64,000 nt of DNA from an uncultured delta proteobacterium (GCA_963745025.1 CAVUWD010000020.1:64001-128000), one strand, 5' to 3'; shown: positions 9,422 through 23,495, counted from the first letter of the stretch. Numbers and translations are program-made. The notes: generated by a model from the letters alone, not told the origin.

Positions 9422-11313
9422 TGGGCTTTTCCTCGCCAATTGGGCTTGCCGCGCTGGTCTTCGTGGGCCTACTCGTCCTGCTGCATCTGCGCAGGCGCCG
9501 CCAGCGGGAAGTCGAGGTGTCGAGCTTGCTGCTGTGGGAAGCGGTGCGGGACGAGCCGCGGCGTGGCCGGTTCCGCCCGAACCTGCTGTTCGCGCTGCAG
9601 GCCGTCCTGCTCGGTGCGCTCGGCGTGGCGGTCGCTCGCCCCTACTGGTCCGAGCAGGCGGCCGCAGTTGCCGGCGGGCGCACGATCCTCGTCTTCGACG
9701 TCTCGGCCAGTATGCGGACGGTCGAGGGCGGAGAGCGGCGATTCGATCAGGCGCGGCGCAAGGCCGGAGAGCTGCTCGCCGGCCTTGCGCGCGACGTCGA
9801 GGTGATGATGATCGCGGTGGCGGCACATCCGCGCGTGATGGTCGCCTTCACGCGCGACCGCAGCGTGCTCGCGCGTGCTCTCGAAGCGCTCGAGCCGAGT
9901 GACGCACCGACCCGGCTCTCACTCGGCATCCAGCTCGCACATTCCGCAGCGGCTGGACACGTTCCGCTCGAAATCGACGTGCTCACCGACCTTTCGGGAG
10001 AAACCGTCGGATTCTCCCCGTCGGCGGGCGAGCGGCTGCGCTTCTTTCGTTTCGGGCGCACGGACGACAACGTCGCGCTGGCGGCGCTGCGCGTCTATCA
10101 GAACCCGTTTCAAGACGCCGGCGAGGCGCGCGGCTACGCGCTGGTCAAGAACTACGCGCACCACCCGAAGGAGCTCGCGCTCCACGTGACCCTCGCATCG
10201 AAGCCCGTGCTCGATGAAACCCTTCACCTCGCGGCTCGGGAATCCCGCGTCGTGCCCATCCGCACGCTTGCCGAGGCGGGCCGCCTCGAGGCATGGCTCG
10301 ACGTCGCCGATGCGCTCGGCGTCGACAATCGCGCGCTCGCCTTCGTTCAGCCGGCGAGGCGGATTCGCGTGCTCGCGGTGAGCGACAGCGCGGTAGTCCT
10401 CTCCGACCTGAACGCGTTGGCACACGCGGTGCCCGCCATCGACCTGCGCCGCGTCGCGCCGAACGAATTTCGCGCCGAAGACTCGCGGCTCGCCGAAGTG
10501 GCGATCTTTCACGGCTTCGAGCCTGCCGAGCCGATGACCGCGAACAGCCTCTATTTGTATCCTCCGGCGACCAACAGCTTGTTTCGATCGGATCGAGACG
10601 TCGTCGGGGCACAGATCCTCGATTGGAACGAGACCGATCCGATCTTGCACGACCTGCGTTACGTCGAGGCTTTGCCGCTCGATCGAGCGCGGCTTCTCGC
10701 GTTGCCGCCCTGGGCACACACGCTGATCGCGTCGCGCGCCGAAGGCCGGGACTTCCCCTTGGCATTTGCGGGAGAAACGGGCGGCCGCCGCATCGTCTGC
10801 TTCGCGTTCGATCTCGCCGGGCGGTCGCTGGTGAAGAGCGAGAATCTGAGCCTGCTCCTGTTGATGCTGAACGCGCTGCGCTGGCTAACGCCGCCCGATC
10901 CGAACGCGCCGGTGCAGGTAGACGTCGGCGACAGCTATCGGGAAGCTCTATCCGCGCCGCTTCCCTTGACCGTGGTGACGCCCGACGGCCGAACCGAGAA
11001 TCGCCCCGCGAAGCAGCAGGTCTCGTTGGAAATCTCCCGGGCGGGAGAGTATCGTCTCGCCGCGGGAAGCGAGCAGCGCACCGTCTACGCGAATCTGTTC
11101 GACGCGGACGAATCCGACGTCGGTCGCGAGAAGGGCCCTGGAGAGGAAACTCTCCAAGGCACCGCGGCGGAATCCGGCGCAATCGTCGCCGCGACTCTTC
11201 TTCACGAGCTCGGGCGGGCGCTGCTGGTTGCCGGACTCCTGCTCGGCCTTGTCGAGTGGGGATACTGGTCGTGGCTCGAACGCCGCGACAGGGGATCGGC
11301 CGATGCTCTCTGA
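9418..11313 (+). CDS. BatA N-terminal / vWA domain membrane protein
   Basis: LLHLRRR...VSSLLLW BatA motif, VARP, FDVSASM MIDAS, C-terminal TM (VEW). Confidence 0.88.
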   Translation: MMGFSSPIGLAALVFVGLLVLLHLRRRRQREVEVSSLLLWEAVRDEPRRGRFRPNLLFALQAVLLGALGVAVARPYWSEQAAAVAGGRTILVFDVSASMRTVEGGERRFDQARRKAGELLAGLARDVEVMMIAVAAHPRVMVAFTRDRSVLARALEALEPSDAPTRLSLGIQLAHSAAAGHVPLEIDVLTDLSGETVGFSPSAGERLRFFRFGRTDDNVALAALRVYQNPFQDAGEARGYALVKNYAHHPKELALHVTLASKPVLDETLHLAARESRVVPIRTLAEAGRLEAWLDVADALGVDNRALAFVQPARRIRVLAVSDSAVVLSDLNALAHAVPAIDLRRVAPNEFRAEDSRLAEVAIFHGFEPAEPMTANSLYLYPPATNSLFRSDRDVVGAQILDWNETDPILHDLRYVEALPLDRARLLALPPWAHTLIASRAEGRDFPLAFAGETGGRRIVCFAFDLAGRSLVKSENLSLLLLMLNALRWLTPPDPNAPVQVDVGDSYREALSAPLPLTVVTPDGRTENRPAKQQVSLEISRAGEYRLAAGSEQRTVYANLFDADESDVGREKGPGEETLQGTAAESGAIVAATLLHELGRALLVAGLLLGLVEWGYWSWLERRDRGSADAL

Positions 11314-13951
11314 TCTCCTCTCGGGGAGAGCCGCGCTCGCCTTCGTCACGCCCCCGCGGCCGTGGATGATCGCGCTCGCGGCACTGATTTCGCTGCTGCT
11401 GATCTTCGCGGCGCGCCGACGTGCGCCGCTCGCGGCCCTGCTGCGGCTCGCGGCTCTGGGACTCATCTTGCTCTCGATTTGCGGGCTCTCAGCCGAGACG
11501 CGCGAAGGCGCGCAGGACCTCTGCATCGTGTTGTCCGAGGACGTGTCGGCGAGCGTCGGGGCAGCCGGGGAGCGGCTCGTGGCCGAGCTCGCCCGTGACC
11601 TGGTGCCGAGGCTCCGGCCGAGCGACGAGCTCGGCGCGGTGGCGTTCGCCCGCCAGGCTGAAGTGGTCGCCTGGCCGTCGGCCCCGCCCCGGCCGCCCAG
11701 CTTCGCACGGGTGAAGCTCGATCCATCCGCGACCCGGCTGGCCTCGGGCATCGAGCTGGCCGCGCCCCTCTGCCCCGAGGGCAGCGAGAAGAAGATCGTG
11801 CTCGTCACCGACGGCAACGAGACGATCGGCGAAGCGCGTCGCGCCACCGCTCTGGCGCGCGAAGCCGATGCCCGGGTCTACGTCGCAGTGCCCGGCGCCG
11901 GCCGCGCCGGCGGGCTTTACTTCGAGAAGCTGACCGCACCCCCACTGGTTCGCGAGGGATCCGTCTTTCCCCTGCGCGCGACGGTTCGCAGCGGCTTCGC
12001 CCAACCGAAGACCGGGTCGCTCGACATTTTCGTCCACGGCGAGCTCGTCGCCCACGAGACCCTGAGTCTTGATCCCGGCATCAATGTCTTCGAGGTCCCG
12101 TACCAGCTTCATGAGCGAGGGTCGGTGGAGATCGCGGCGCGGCTCTTCGGCGAAGGCCTGACCACCGAAGAGCGCCGGCAGACCTCGCTCGCCGTCGCCG
12201 GCCGGATCCGCGCGCTCGTCATCAGTCACAGCCGCGACAGCGCGCTCGCCAAGGCGCTTCGCCTCCGTGAGGTCGATGTCGAGTTCCGTGATCCCGCGGG
12301 CTTTCCTAAGCTCGAGGAGCTGCTTCAGTATCACTGCGTGATCCTCGACGACGTGCCGCGCAAGGAGCTTCCGGATGCGGCGCCCGAGGCGCTCGAGTCG
12401 TACGTCAAGAATTTCGGCGGCGGCTTCTTGATGACCGGCGGACCACGTAGCTTCGGGGACAAGGCCTACCAGAAGTCAGCGGTCGAACGGATCCTGCCGG
12501 TGAGCCTCGTCGAGCAACAGCCGAAGGCGAAGGGCCGGGCTCCGATGGGCGTCTTCCTGCTCATCGATCGATCGAACAGCATGGGTTACAACAGCCGGCG
12601 CCACGATATCCGCGACGGTGAGAAGATGCGCTACGCACGGGAAGCCGCGCTGGCGCTCGTCGAACAGCTGCGGCCGGAAGACCGCGTCGGCGTGATTGCC
12701 TTCGATTCCGATCCTTACGTGCTCGGACCGCTCCGGACGCTGTCGGAGCAGCGGGCGGCGCTCGAGGACCGGATTGCGCGCCTCCTACCGGGAGGTGGCA
12801 CCGACTTCAAGGCCGCGCTCGAGATCGCCACCGCGCAGCTCGTGCAGAGCGGCCTGCGCACTATGCACGTGATCCTGCTGACCGATGGCGACACGAACCG
12901 TGGACCCGCGGATCACACCGCGGTCATCCAGGCGATGAGCCGGCTCGGCATCAGCGTGACGACGATCCGCATCGGCGACGACGACGTGAATCTCGAATTC
13001 CTGCAGCAAATCTCCCGCGACACGGGCGGGCGCTTCTACCACGTCGAGGACATCGAGCGCTTGCCGCAGCTCATCGTCAGCGATAGCCGCCAGGCGCGCG
13101 GCGAGAAGGGCGAGACGGGGGATACGGCCGGGGACAAGCCCGCCCCGGGAGGCTCGTCGCGGCCGGCGATCGGCGAGGCGACCGAGGTCGTTCGTGGGCT
13201 CGTGGATCAGGAGTTCCCAGTCGTGCGCGACGTGCCGCAGACCAAGCTCAAGGGTGGTGCCGACCTCGTTCTTTACGTCAACGACGAGGGACAAAAGCAG
13301 CCGTTGCTCGTCACCTGGCTCTACGGTCTCGGCCGCTCGGCAGCGTTCCCCTTCGACCCGGCGCAGCCCGAGGCCGCCGGCTGGGCCGCCTGGCCCGGAT
13401 TTGCCAAACTCTGGTCTCAACTCGTCCGTTGGGCGATCCGCGAGGAGGCGCCGTGGGAGACCAGGCAGGCGGTGCGCTTCCGCGATGGCAATCCCTTCCT
13501 CGAAGTGCAGACCTTCGATGACATCGGCGAAGGCAACATCGAAGCGCAGGTATTCACCGCTCCGGAGCGGTCCGTGAGCCTCGCCTTGACGCCAGTTGCG
13601 CCACGCATCTACCGCGCCCCGCTGCCTCTGCTCCCGGCAGGCAAGTATGCTCTGCTGCTCACGCGTCGTGCGGGCGTGCAGATCTTGGGGCAGAAGCGGG
13701 ACGTGTTGGCGGTCGAGGCCTCGGCCGACGAGGCGGCGAGCGCCGAGCTGGCGCGCAAGCTTCCCGACTTCGAGCTGCTTCGCGAGATCGCCGCCGAGAC
13801 GGGGGGCTCGCTGAACCCGTCGATCGACGAGCTCGTCGCCCGCCACGGCACCAAGCGCCTGGTTCGACGTCAGCTCGATTGGCTTCTCGTACCCTTGGCG
13901 CTCACGTTGCTGCTCGCCGACATCGCGCTCCGCATGCGTCTCGAATCCTGA
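11303..13951 (+). CDS. Double vWA / glutamine-amidotransferase-like domain membrane protein
   Basis: DVSAS and DRSNS MIDAS motifs, TDGN/TDGD, GGGFLMTGGPRSFG, GLGRS, C-terminal TM. Confidence 0.88.
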   Translation: MLSDLLSGRAALAFVTPPRPWMIALAALISLLLIFAARRRAPLAALLRLAALGLILLSICGLSAETREGAQDLCIVLSEDVSASVGAAGERLVAELARDLVPRLRPSDELGAVAFARQAEVVAWPSAPPRPPSFARVKLDPSATRLASGIELAAPLCPEGSEKKIVLVTDGNETIGEARRATALAREADARVYVAVPGAGRAGGLYFEKLTAPPLVREGSVFPLRATVRSGFAQPKTGSLDIFVHGELVAHETLSLDPGINVFEVPYQLHERGSVEIAARLFGEGLTTEERRQTSLAVAGRIRALVISHSRDSALAKALRLREVDVEFRDPAGFPKLEELLQYHCVILDDVPRKELPDAAPEALESYVKNFGGGFLMTGGPRSFGDKAYQKSAVERILPVSLVEQQPKAKGRAPMGVFLLIDRSNSMGYNSRRHDIRDGEKMRYAREAALALVEQLRPEDRVGVIAFDSDPYVLGPLRTLSEQRAALEDRIARLLPGGGTDFKAALEIATAQLVQSGLRTMHVILLTDGDTNRGPADHTAVIQAMSRLGISVTTIRIGDDDVNLEFLQQISRDTGGRFYHVEDIERLPQLIVSDSRQARGEKGETGDTAGDKPAPGGSSRPAIGEATEVVRGLVDQEFPVVRDVPQTKLKGGADLVLYVNDEGQKQPLLVTWLYGLGRSAAFPFDPAQPEAAGWAAWPGFAKLWSQLVRWAIREEAPWETRQAVRFRDGNPFLEVQTFDDIGEGNIEAQVFTAPERSVSLALTPVAPRIYRAPLPLLPAGKYALLLTRRAGVQILGQKRDVLAVEASADEAASAELARKLPDFELLREIAAETGGSLNPSIDELVARHGTKRLVRRQLDWLLVPLALTLLLADIALRMRLES

Positions 13952-14009
13952 CGGGTGGTCGACAGAACCGGCGAGCCGAGATAAACGAAGAGACCATTCC
14001 GAGGTCGCC

Positions 14010-14783
14010 ATGCGCGTCGTACCGATCCCCGTCCTACTCGACAACTATGCCTACTTGGTCATCTCCGATTCCGGGGCCGCGGCCGTCGTCGATCCGTCCG
14101 AGGCGCCGCCGGTGATGGCCGCTGCCGAGCGCGAGGGGGTAGAGCTGCGAGCGATTTGGAACACCCATCATCACTGGGACCACGTCGGGGGCAATCGTGA
14201 CCTGCTGCTCGGCAATCCGAGCCTGGAGGTCTACGGGTATGCGGGCGACCGCGCGCGCATTCCGGGAATCACAAATCCGGTCGACAACGGCGAGGAGTTC
14301 GACTTCGGGGGGATCCGAGTGCGCATCATCTTCATTCCCGCGCACACCAGCGGCCACATCGCCTTTCACCTCCCCACCCACGAGGTGGTGTTCACGGGTG
14401 ACACGCTCTTTGCGGGCGGCTGCGGTAGGCTGTTCGAAGGCGATGCCAGCACCATGGTCGCTTCGCTCAACCGGCTGACGGCGTTGCCCGGCGATACCAA
14501 GATCTTCTGCGGCCACGAGTACACCGAAAAGAATCTCCTCTTCGCGTTGACGCTCGAACCGGGCAATGCCGCTCTCGCGGCCAAGCATGCGAAGGTCAAA
14601 GCGCAAAGCGAACGTCGGGAGCCTACCGTTCCGACCACGGTTGCCGAAGAGCTGGCGACGAACCCGTTCCTGCGCTGCGACAGTTCGGAACTCCGAGCGT
14701 CGATCGGCAAGCAGTTCCCCGAAGCGGTCGATGATCCGGTTGCGATATTCGCGCGCATACGCCAGCTGAAGGACGCGTTCTAA
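14010..14783 (+). CDS. gloB: Hydroxyacylglutathione hydrolase (glyoxalase II)
   Basis: DNYAYL, THHHWDHVGG, GDTLFAGGCG, CGHEYT, ELATNPFLR. Confidence 0.95.
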   Translation: MRVVPIPVLLDNYAYLVISDSGAAAVVDPSEAPPVMAAAEREGVELRAIWNTHHHWDHVGGNRDLLLGNPSLEVYGYAGDRARIPGITNPVDNGEEFDFGGIRVRIIFIPAHTSGHIAFHLPTHEVVFTGDTLFAGGCGRLFEGDASTMVASLNRLTALPGDTKIFCGHEYTEKNLLFALTLEPGNAALAAKHAKVKAQSERREPTVPTTVAEELATNPFLRCDSSELRASIGKQFPEAVDDPVAIFARIRQLKDAF

Positions 14784-14975
14784 GGTCGGTCGCGACAAGA
14801 ACCGCAACCGGCTGTAAACGTAGGTGAAAGTCGGTCTTCCGCCCGGAGCGCCCGGGCGGTGGTGGCGAGATCGCGGTTCGGCATTAAATTATGTTGCGTG
14901 CGGCGTCGTCCAACGCAATGAATGGTGGATTATCGAGGTTGATTGTTTTATTATTGCAAAAGAGAGGAGTGTTGA

Positions 14976-15266
14976 TTGAAACGTATCCCGGGCATAAGAC
15001 CCCGCTTCACGCGCTGTAGGATCGTGCGTCCGGATGGAAGCGTTCTTGAAGGATGGGAGATGTTCGTCGGTGAGCGCTCTTACGGCCGATCAAACAGCCG
15101 AACGGCGCTGCTGAAATCGTGGGAGGCCCGCTTGGAGGAAGCCGAGAACGGTAGGCCGTTCGCCTTCCGGCCGATGTACCGGCGCTCACAGCATCCCGAG
15201 CGTACCGCGACCAAGCGTACCGACGAAAAGACCAATCGCGGCAAGGCCACACGCCGCAGCGCCTAG
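14976..15266 (+). CDS. Hypothetical basic protein (96 aa)
   Basis: TTG start with AGAGGAG RBS, AT-rich upstream promoter region and its own terminator. Confidence 0.65.
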   Translation: MKRIPGIRPRFTRCRIVRPDGSVLEGWEMFVGERSYGRSNSRTALLKSWEARLEEAENGRPFAFRPMYRRSQHPERTATKRTDEKTNRGKATRRSA

Positions 15267-15280
15267 CGAGTCTAGTATCG

Positions 15281-15326
15281 AGAAAGGGTTCGGGGCTCGA
15301 GTCGAGCCTCGGACCCTTTCTTTTTT
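15281..15326. terminator. Rho-independent terminator (possibly bidirectional)
   Basis: agaaagggttcggggctcg / cgagcctcggaccctttct stem followed by a T-run, between convergent genes. Confidence 0.8.
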
Positions 15327-15329
15327 CCC

Positions 15330-17129
15330 TCACCCATCGACCGGCGTCCGCGAACCCCGCCCCGCGTCGGCGTGTGCAGCGCGCGTCTCGTCGAGCAGCC
15401 GCACGAAATCGTCGATCGCGATGTAGCCGACCGTTCGATGCTGCTCTTTGCCGTCCGCGGCGAAGAAGATCGTCGTGGGAACGCCGAGCACTCCGTACTT
15501 GGACAGCAAGCTCTCCGTGTCCTTCGACATCTCCGTGACGTCGGCACGGAGCATCGCGAATTCTCCAACCTTCGCGGTGACCTCCGGTGCAGCGAATGTC
15601 GTCCGCTCCATCTCGAGACAGGGCAGGCACCAATCGGCCCGGAAATCCACGACGGCCGGACGGTCCTGAGCGCGAGCCTCGTCGAGGGCCTGCGTCGAGA
15701 ATTCCCGCCACGAGATGGCGCTCGCTTGCGGCGCGCGCAGCGCGGGCAGCGCAACCCAGAGAGCCGCCAGGAGCGCGCTCGCGCCTGCGGTCCGCTTGAC
15801 GAGAGCGAAGTATCGAAGACGCCGTCCGTGACCGTCGAGAAAGCCGAGGGTGATTCCCGCGCAACCGATCAAGCCCGCCATCGCCCATGGCAGCACGCGA
15901 GTGGGAAGCAAGGGCCGCACGAAGTAGAGCGCGAGGCCCAGGAGCAGGAAACCGAATACCCGCTCCACCCAAACCAACCATTCACCCGAGCGAGGCAACC
16001 GCGTGATCGATCCGGCGGCTGAGCCGAGCACCACGTACGGAGCGCCGAGACCGAGCGCGAGCGTAAAGAAGAGAAGGAACCCGAAGCCCGCTTCGCCTCT
16101 GGCACCGACCGCCAGCAGCAGGCCGACGACGATCGGTCCCACGCAGGGAGCGGCCACGACGCCCATCGTCAGGCCCATGAAGAGCGCGCCCGCGAGCCCG
16201 CCCGCCGTGCCGCCGAATCTCCGGAGCATCCAGGTAGGGGGTTGAAGGGTGTAGACGCCGAAGCTCGAGAGCGCGAGCGCGACCATGAGCGCCGCGATCA
16301 ACACCAAGGTGACCGGCTGCTGCAGCGCAGAGCCGAACAGACCTCCGGAAAGCGCGGCCGCCACGCCGAGGGCGGAGAACGTCAATGCGATGCCAAGGGC
16401 GTAGGCGCTCGCTAGCACGGTCGCCCGCGCGCGCCGCTGTCGTGCCTGGCCACCGAAATACGCGACCGTCACCGAGATGAGCGGGTACACGCACGGCGTG
16501 AGGTTCAGGCCGAGGCCCATGAGGAAGACGAGGGCGAGGGTCGGCGCTAGGCCGTAGCGGGTGAGCCAACTCTCGATCGGAGCCTCGTTGCCCGACGCAC
16601 GAGCGCTTGGGGCCTCGAGGTTCGTCGGCCGCCTGACGAGAAAGGTCCGCGCGACGTCCGCCGGCCGCAGGCAACGCGTGTCGTCGCAGGCCTGGTAATG
16701 GAGCTTCGCCTGGAAGGTCGCCCCCTCCTGGGTGAAGGCCGTTTTGACTGCGAGCGGAATACGGAAGCGAACCTGCCCGCTGTAGAGGAGCAGCGACTCG
16801 TCGCCGGCGAAACCGAGCGTGCGCCTTTCCGGAGCCGGATACTCGATCTCGCCCACCTCGAATCCCGGCGGAGGCGTAACCGAGAGCGTCGTGGGGATCA
16901 GCGCATCCGACAGCGGACGATGTGCGTTGACGTGCCAACCTTCGGTGATCTCGGCGAGCAAGAGGACGTCCAGCGCATCTTGCGAAGGCGAATAGTTCGC
17001 GCTCTCGACTTTCAGTCGGACGATCTCCGCCGGGATCGGTGGAGGATCCGCGGCCATGACCGGGGAGACGACCCGGACGAGCGTGCAGCCGATCGTGAAC
17101 AGTGCAGCCGCGACAAACGAGCGACGCAT
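15330..17129 (-). CDS. dsbD: Thiol:disulfide interchange protein DsbD
   Basis: N-domain QACDDTRC, TM domain LTPCVYP and APCVGP, C-terminal Trx ADWCLPC. Confidence 0.93.
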   Translation of the reverse strand: MRRSFVAAALFTIGCTLVRVVSPVMAADPPPIPAEIVRLKVESANYSPSQDALDVLLLAEITEGWHVNAHRPLSDALIPTTLSVTPPPGFEVGEIEYPAPERRTLGFAGDESLLLYSGQVRFRIPLAVKTAFTQEGATFQAKLHYQACDDTRCLRPADVARTFLVRRPTNLEAPSARASGNEAPIESWLTRYGLAPTLALVFLMGLGLNLTPCVYPLISVTVAYFGGQARQRRARATVLASAYALGIALTFSALGVAAALSGGLFGSALQQPVTLVLIAALMVALALSSFGVYTLQPPTWMLRRFGGTAGGLAGALFMGLTMGVVAAPCVGPIVVGLLLAVGARGEAGFGFLLFFTLALGLGAPYVVLGSAAGSITRLPRSGEWLVWVERVFGFLLLGLALYFVRPLLPTRVLPWAMAGLIGCAGITLGFLDGHGRRLRYFALVKRTAGASALLAALWVALPALRAPQASAISWREFSTQALDEARAQDRPAVVDFRADWCLPCLEMERTTFAAPEVTAKVGEFAMLRADVTEMSKDTESLLSKYGVLGVPTTIFFAADGKEQHRTVGYIAIDDFVRLLDETRAAHADAGRGSRTPVDG

Positions 17130-17183
17130 CAAGCGAGACGGTAGTGTCTCAGTCTTCGTAGGATGCTCGCCGATACGAAACGC

Positions 17184-17349
17184 GCGCTTGGTTTTTGTCG
17201 ATCCGTACTCGGATCGACAAAAACCAAGCGCAATAGCGCGAAGCGCTGAACTCAATAGACCAATTCGGTGGCGTATTTGTCTTCCGCGCTTACGCGCGGT
17301 TGCGCTCGGTTTCGATCGACCCGAGCGCGGGCCGATCGAAACCGAGCGC
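17184..17349. repeat. Twin 48-nt hairpins within a 166-nt imperfect palindrome
   Basis: 17184-17231 perfect 22-bp stem with a 4-nt loop; 17302-17349 22-bp stem (1 mismatch) with a 4-nt loop; left arms 17/22 identical. Confidence 0.85.
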
Positions 17350-17409
17350 GCTATCCGGTGATCGAAGCGTTCGTACTGAAATTGACGCATCGACCGAGAC
17401 GACGGATTC

Positions 17410-18591
<1,182 letters not shown>

Positions 18592-18829
18592 ACGACGCTT
18601 CGAGGGTATCGGGGGCCGTCGATGGAGTAAAGGAGGGTCCACCGTCGCCGTCCGTTCCGTGGTTGCCGAAACGGCATTCGTGAAGCATGCGTTGGTTAGA
18701 CCCGAAGCGAAATTATCCGGGCGCGTTCAGGTCACGCAAGAAATTTCGGAACGCGGTTGGACAAGGGCGACGACAGTCTGATAGCGGGTGCGGTCGCCCG
18801 CGATGGGCGGGCCGAAAGGAGACGGAGCC

Positions 18830-19330
18830 ATGGCGATCATCACCTTGCGAGGAAACTCGATTCACACGGCGGGCAATCCGCCCGCGGTCGGCAAGCAGGC
18901 CCCAGATTTCATCCTGGTCGACGGCAAGCTCGCGAACAAGAGCCTCGCCGACTTTGCCGGCAAGAAGAAGCTCCTCAGCATCGTGCCGAGCCTCGACACG
19001 CCGGTCTGCGCGCTCTCGACGAAGAAGTTCGACGAGCACGCGAAGACCCACTCGGACACGGTCATGCTGTTGATCTCCGCCGACTTGCCCTTCGCGCAGG
19101 GCCGCTTCTGCGCCGCCGAGGGGACAACGAACGTCGTTCCGCTGTCGATGATGCGCTCGCGGCAGTTCGCCAAAGACTACGGCGTGCTGATCGAGGATGG
19201 CCCGCTCGCGGGCATCACGGCGCGCGCCGTCGTCGTGCTCGACGAGAACAACAAAGTGCTCCACAGCGAGCTCGTCCCGGAGATCGCGGAGGAGCCGAAC
19301 TACGCAGCGGCGCTGAAGGCCCTCGGATAG
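18830..19330 (+). CDS. tpx: Thiol peroxidase Tpx
   Basis: [32 protein letters not shown]. Confidence 0.96.
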   Translation: MAIITLRGNSIHTAGNPPAVGKQAPDFILVDGKLANKSLADFAGKKKLLSIVPSLDTPVCALSTKKFDEHAKTHSDTVMLLISADLPFAQGRFCAAEGTTNVVPLSMMRSRQFAKDYGVLIEDGPLAGITARAVVVLDENNKVLHSELVPEIAEEPNYAAALKALG

Positions 19331-19337
19331 CCGGTCG

Positions 19338-20635
19338 ATGCGCCGGGCTCGCAGTCCCCGGTTCGTCGCGCGGCACGGCGACGTCCGAGAGGCGCCTCGA
19401 AGCCTCGCCGAGCGCTATCGTGAGGTGCGGCGGACGACCGACCGGCTCGCCGAGCCCCTCTCTCCGGAAGACTGCACGGTGCAGTCCATGCCGGACGCAA
19501 GCCCGGTCAAATGGCATCTCGCGCACACGACTTGGTTTTTCGAGACGTTCGTCCTCGAGCGCGGCCTCTCGGACTATCGGCCGTACCATCCGCAGTTCCG
19601 CGTTCTCTTCAACTCCTACTACAATGGGGTGGGCGCGCAGCACCCGCGCCCCGAGCGCGGCTTGCTCTCGCGCCCTTCGCTCGACGAGGTCCGGGCGTAT
19701 CGTGCCGCGATCGATCGCCGGGTTCTCGAGCTTTTCGAGCGCTCGGCAGTCGAGCCGCTCGCCGATACGATCGAGCTCGGCCTCCATCACGAGCAGCAGC
19801 ATCAGGAGCTGATCCTGACCGACGTGAAGCACATGCTCTCGTTGAATCTGCTCCGTCCGGCGTATCGCGATTGCGCGCCTGCGCCCGCGCGGGACGTCCC
19901 GCCGCTTCGCTGGTTTCATCACCCCGGCGGCATCGCCTGGATCGGTCACGGCGGAGGGTCGTTCTCCTTCGACAACGAGCGACCGAGGCACCGTGTGCTC
20001 GTGGATGCCTTCGCCTTGGCGTCGCGGCTCGTCACCAACGGCGAGTACTTGGAATTCGTCGAGGACGGCGCATACGCTCGACCCGAACTCTGGCTCTCCG
20101 ACGGATGGGATGCCGTGCGGTCGCAAGGCTGGCAGGCCCCGCTCTACTGGCATGGCGATCGAGACGCGTGGAGGGTGACGACGCTCTCGGGTCTTCACGA
20201 CCTCCGACGGGACGAGCCCGTCTGCCACGTGAGCTTCTACGAGGCCGACGCGTTCGCGCGCTGGTCCGGCGCGCGGCTGCCGAGCGAATTCGAGTGGGAG
20301 ATCTTCGCGGCCAAGACGACGCCGGACGGCAACTTCGTGGAAAGTGGATGGCTCCATCCCACCGGTCTCGAAGCTGCAGCGTCGGATGCGCCGGCGCAGC
20401 TCTTCGGCGACGTCTGGGAATGGATGCAGAGCCCCTACGCCCCGTATCCGGGTTACCGCCCGCCTGCGGGGGCTCTCGGCGAGTACAACGCCAAGTTCAT
20501 GTGCAATCAACTCGTGCTTCGCGGCGGCTCGTGCGCGACGCCGAGGTCTCACGTCCGTGCGACCTATCGGAACTTTTTCCCGCCGCAGGCGCGCTGGCAA
20601 TTCAGCGGCATTCGCCTCGCGCGCGACGGCGCGGC

Positions 20636-20639
<4 letters not shown>
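19338..20639 (+). CDS. egtB: Ergothioneine biosynthesis sulfoxide synthase EgtB
   Basis: QSMPDASPVKWHLAHTTWFFE, FNSYY, HEQQHQE, FGE-sulfatase domain, RATYRNFF. Confidence 0.93.
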
Positions 20640-22734
<2,095 letters not shown>

Positions 22735-22735
<1 letters not shown>

Positions 22736-23427
22736 CAGCGTTTCCCGCGCTTCATCTGCTTGCGCTTGCTGCTCCGTCCAGCCCTCGACGCACCCGCTCG
22801 CGCCGTTCAGTTGTACGACCAGCGCGCCGGCCGGGACGTCGTGCCGTGACGGTGGTGCCGGCGCCGACGTAGACGTCGTCGCCGAGCGTGACCGGGCGCC
22901 ACGAGCTGCGTGTCGCTGCCGATCTGCACGCGCTCGCCGATGACGGTCGGATGCTTCTCGAAGCCGTCGTAGTTGCAGGTGATGGTGCCGGCGCCGACGT
23001 TGGTGTCGGGGCCGATCTCGCAGTCGCCGAGGTAGGTCAGGTGATTCGCCTTGGTGCCTTCGCCGATCACCGCCTTCTTGGTCTCGACGAAGTTGCCGAT
23101 GTGCACGCGCTCGGCGAGCGACGTCCCTGGCCGGAGGTGCGCGAACGGGCCGATCACCGCGTCGTTGCCGACCTTCGACTCCGAAATCACCACCGAGAAC
23201 TTCAGGTGCACGCGGTCGCCGAGCTCGGCATCACTCAGGTATGCGCTGCCGTCGATGCGGCAGTCCTTGCCGATCCGAGTCCGGCCGCGCAGCTGGGTAT
23301 TCGGCCCGATCGTCGTTCCCGTGCCGATCGCCACCCCCTCGTCAATGTACGTCGAGGCGGGATCCTCGAGGATGACCCGCGAATTCTGCCAACGGCGGGC
23401 TGCTCCCACACGCTTCTCTCTGCCCAT
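22735..23427 (-). CDS. glmU: GlmU acetyltransferase (LbH) domain only; frameshifted near the C-terminus
   Basis: [43 protein letters not shown]; TGATG coupling to glmS; no pyrophosphorylase domain. Confidence 0.85.
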
Positions 23428-23495
23428 GCTCCGGGCATTTCCGCTCCGGGAACCGAGATGTCAAGCAAGAGCATCACGGGAATTTCGCATCGGGG

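Noticed and set aside
18592-18830. FMN riboswitch upstream of ribB
   Set aside because: None of the conserved RFN blocks is recognisable on the minus strand
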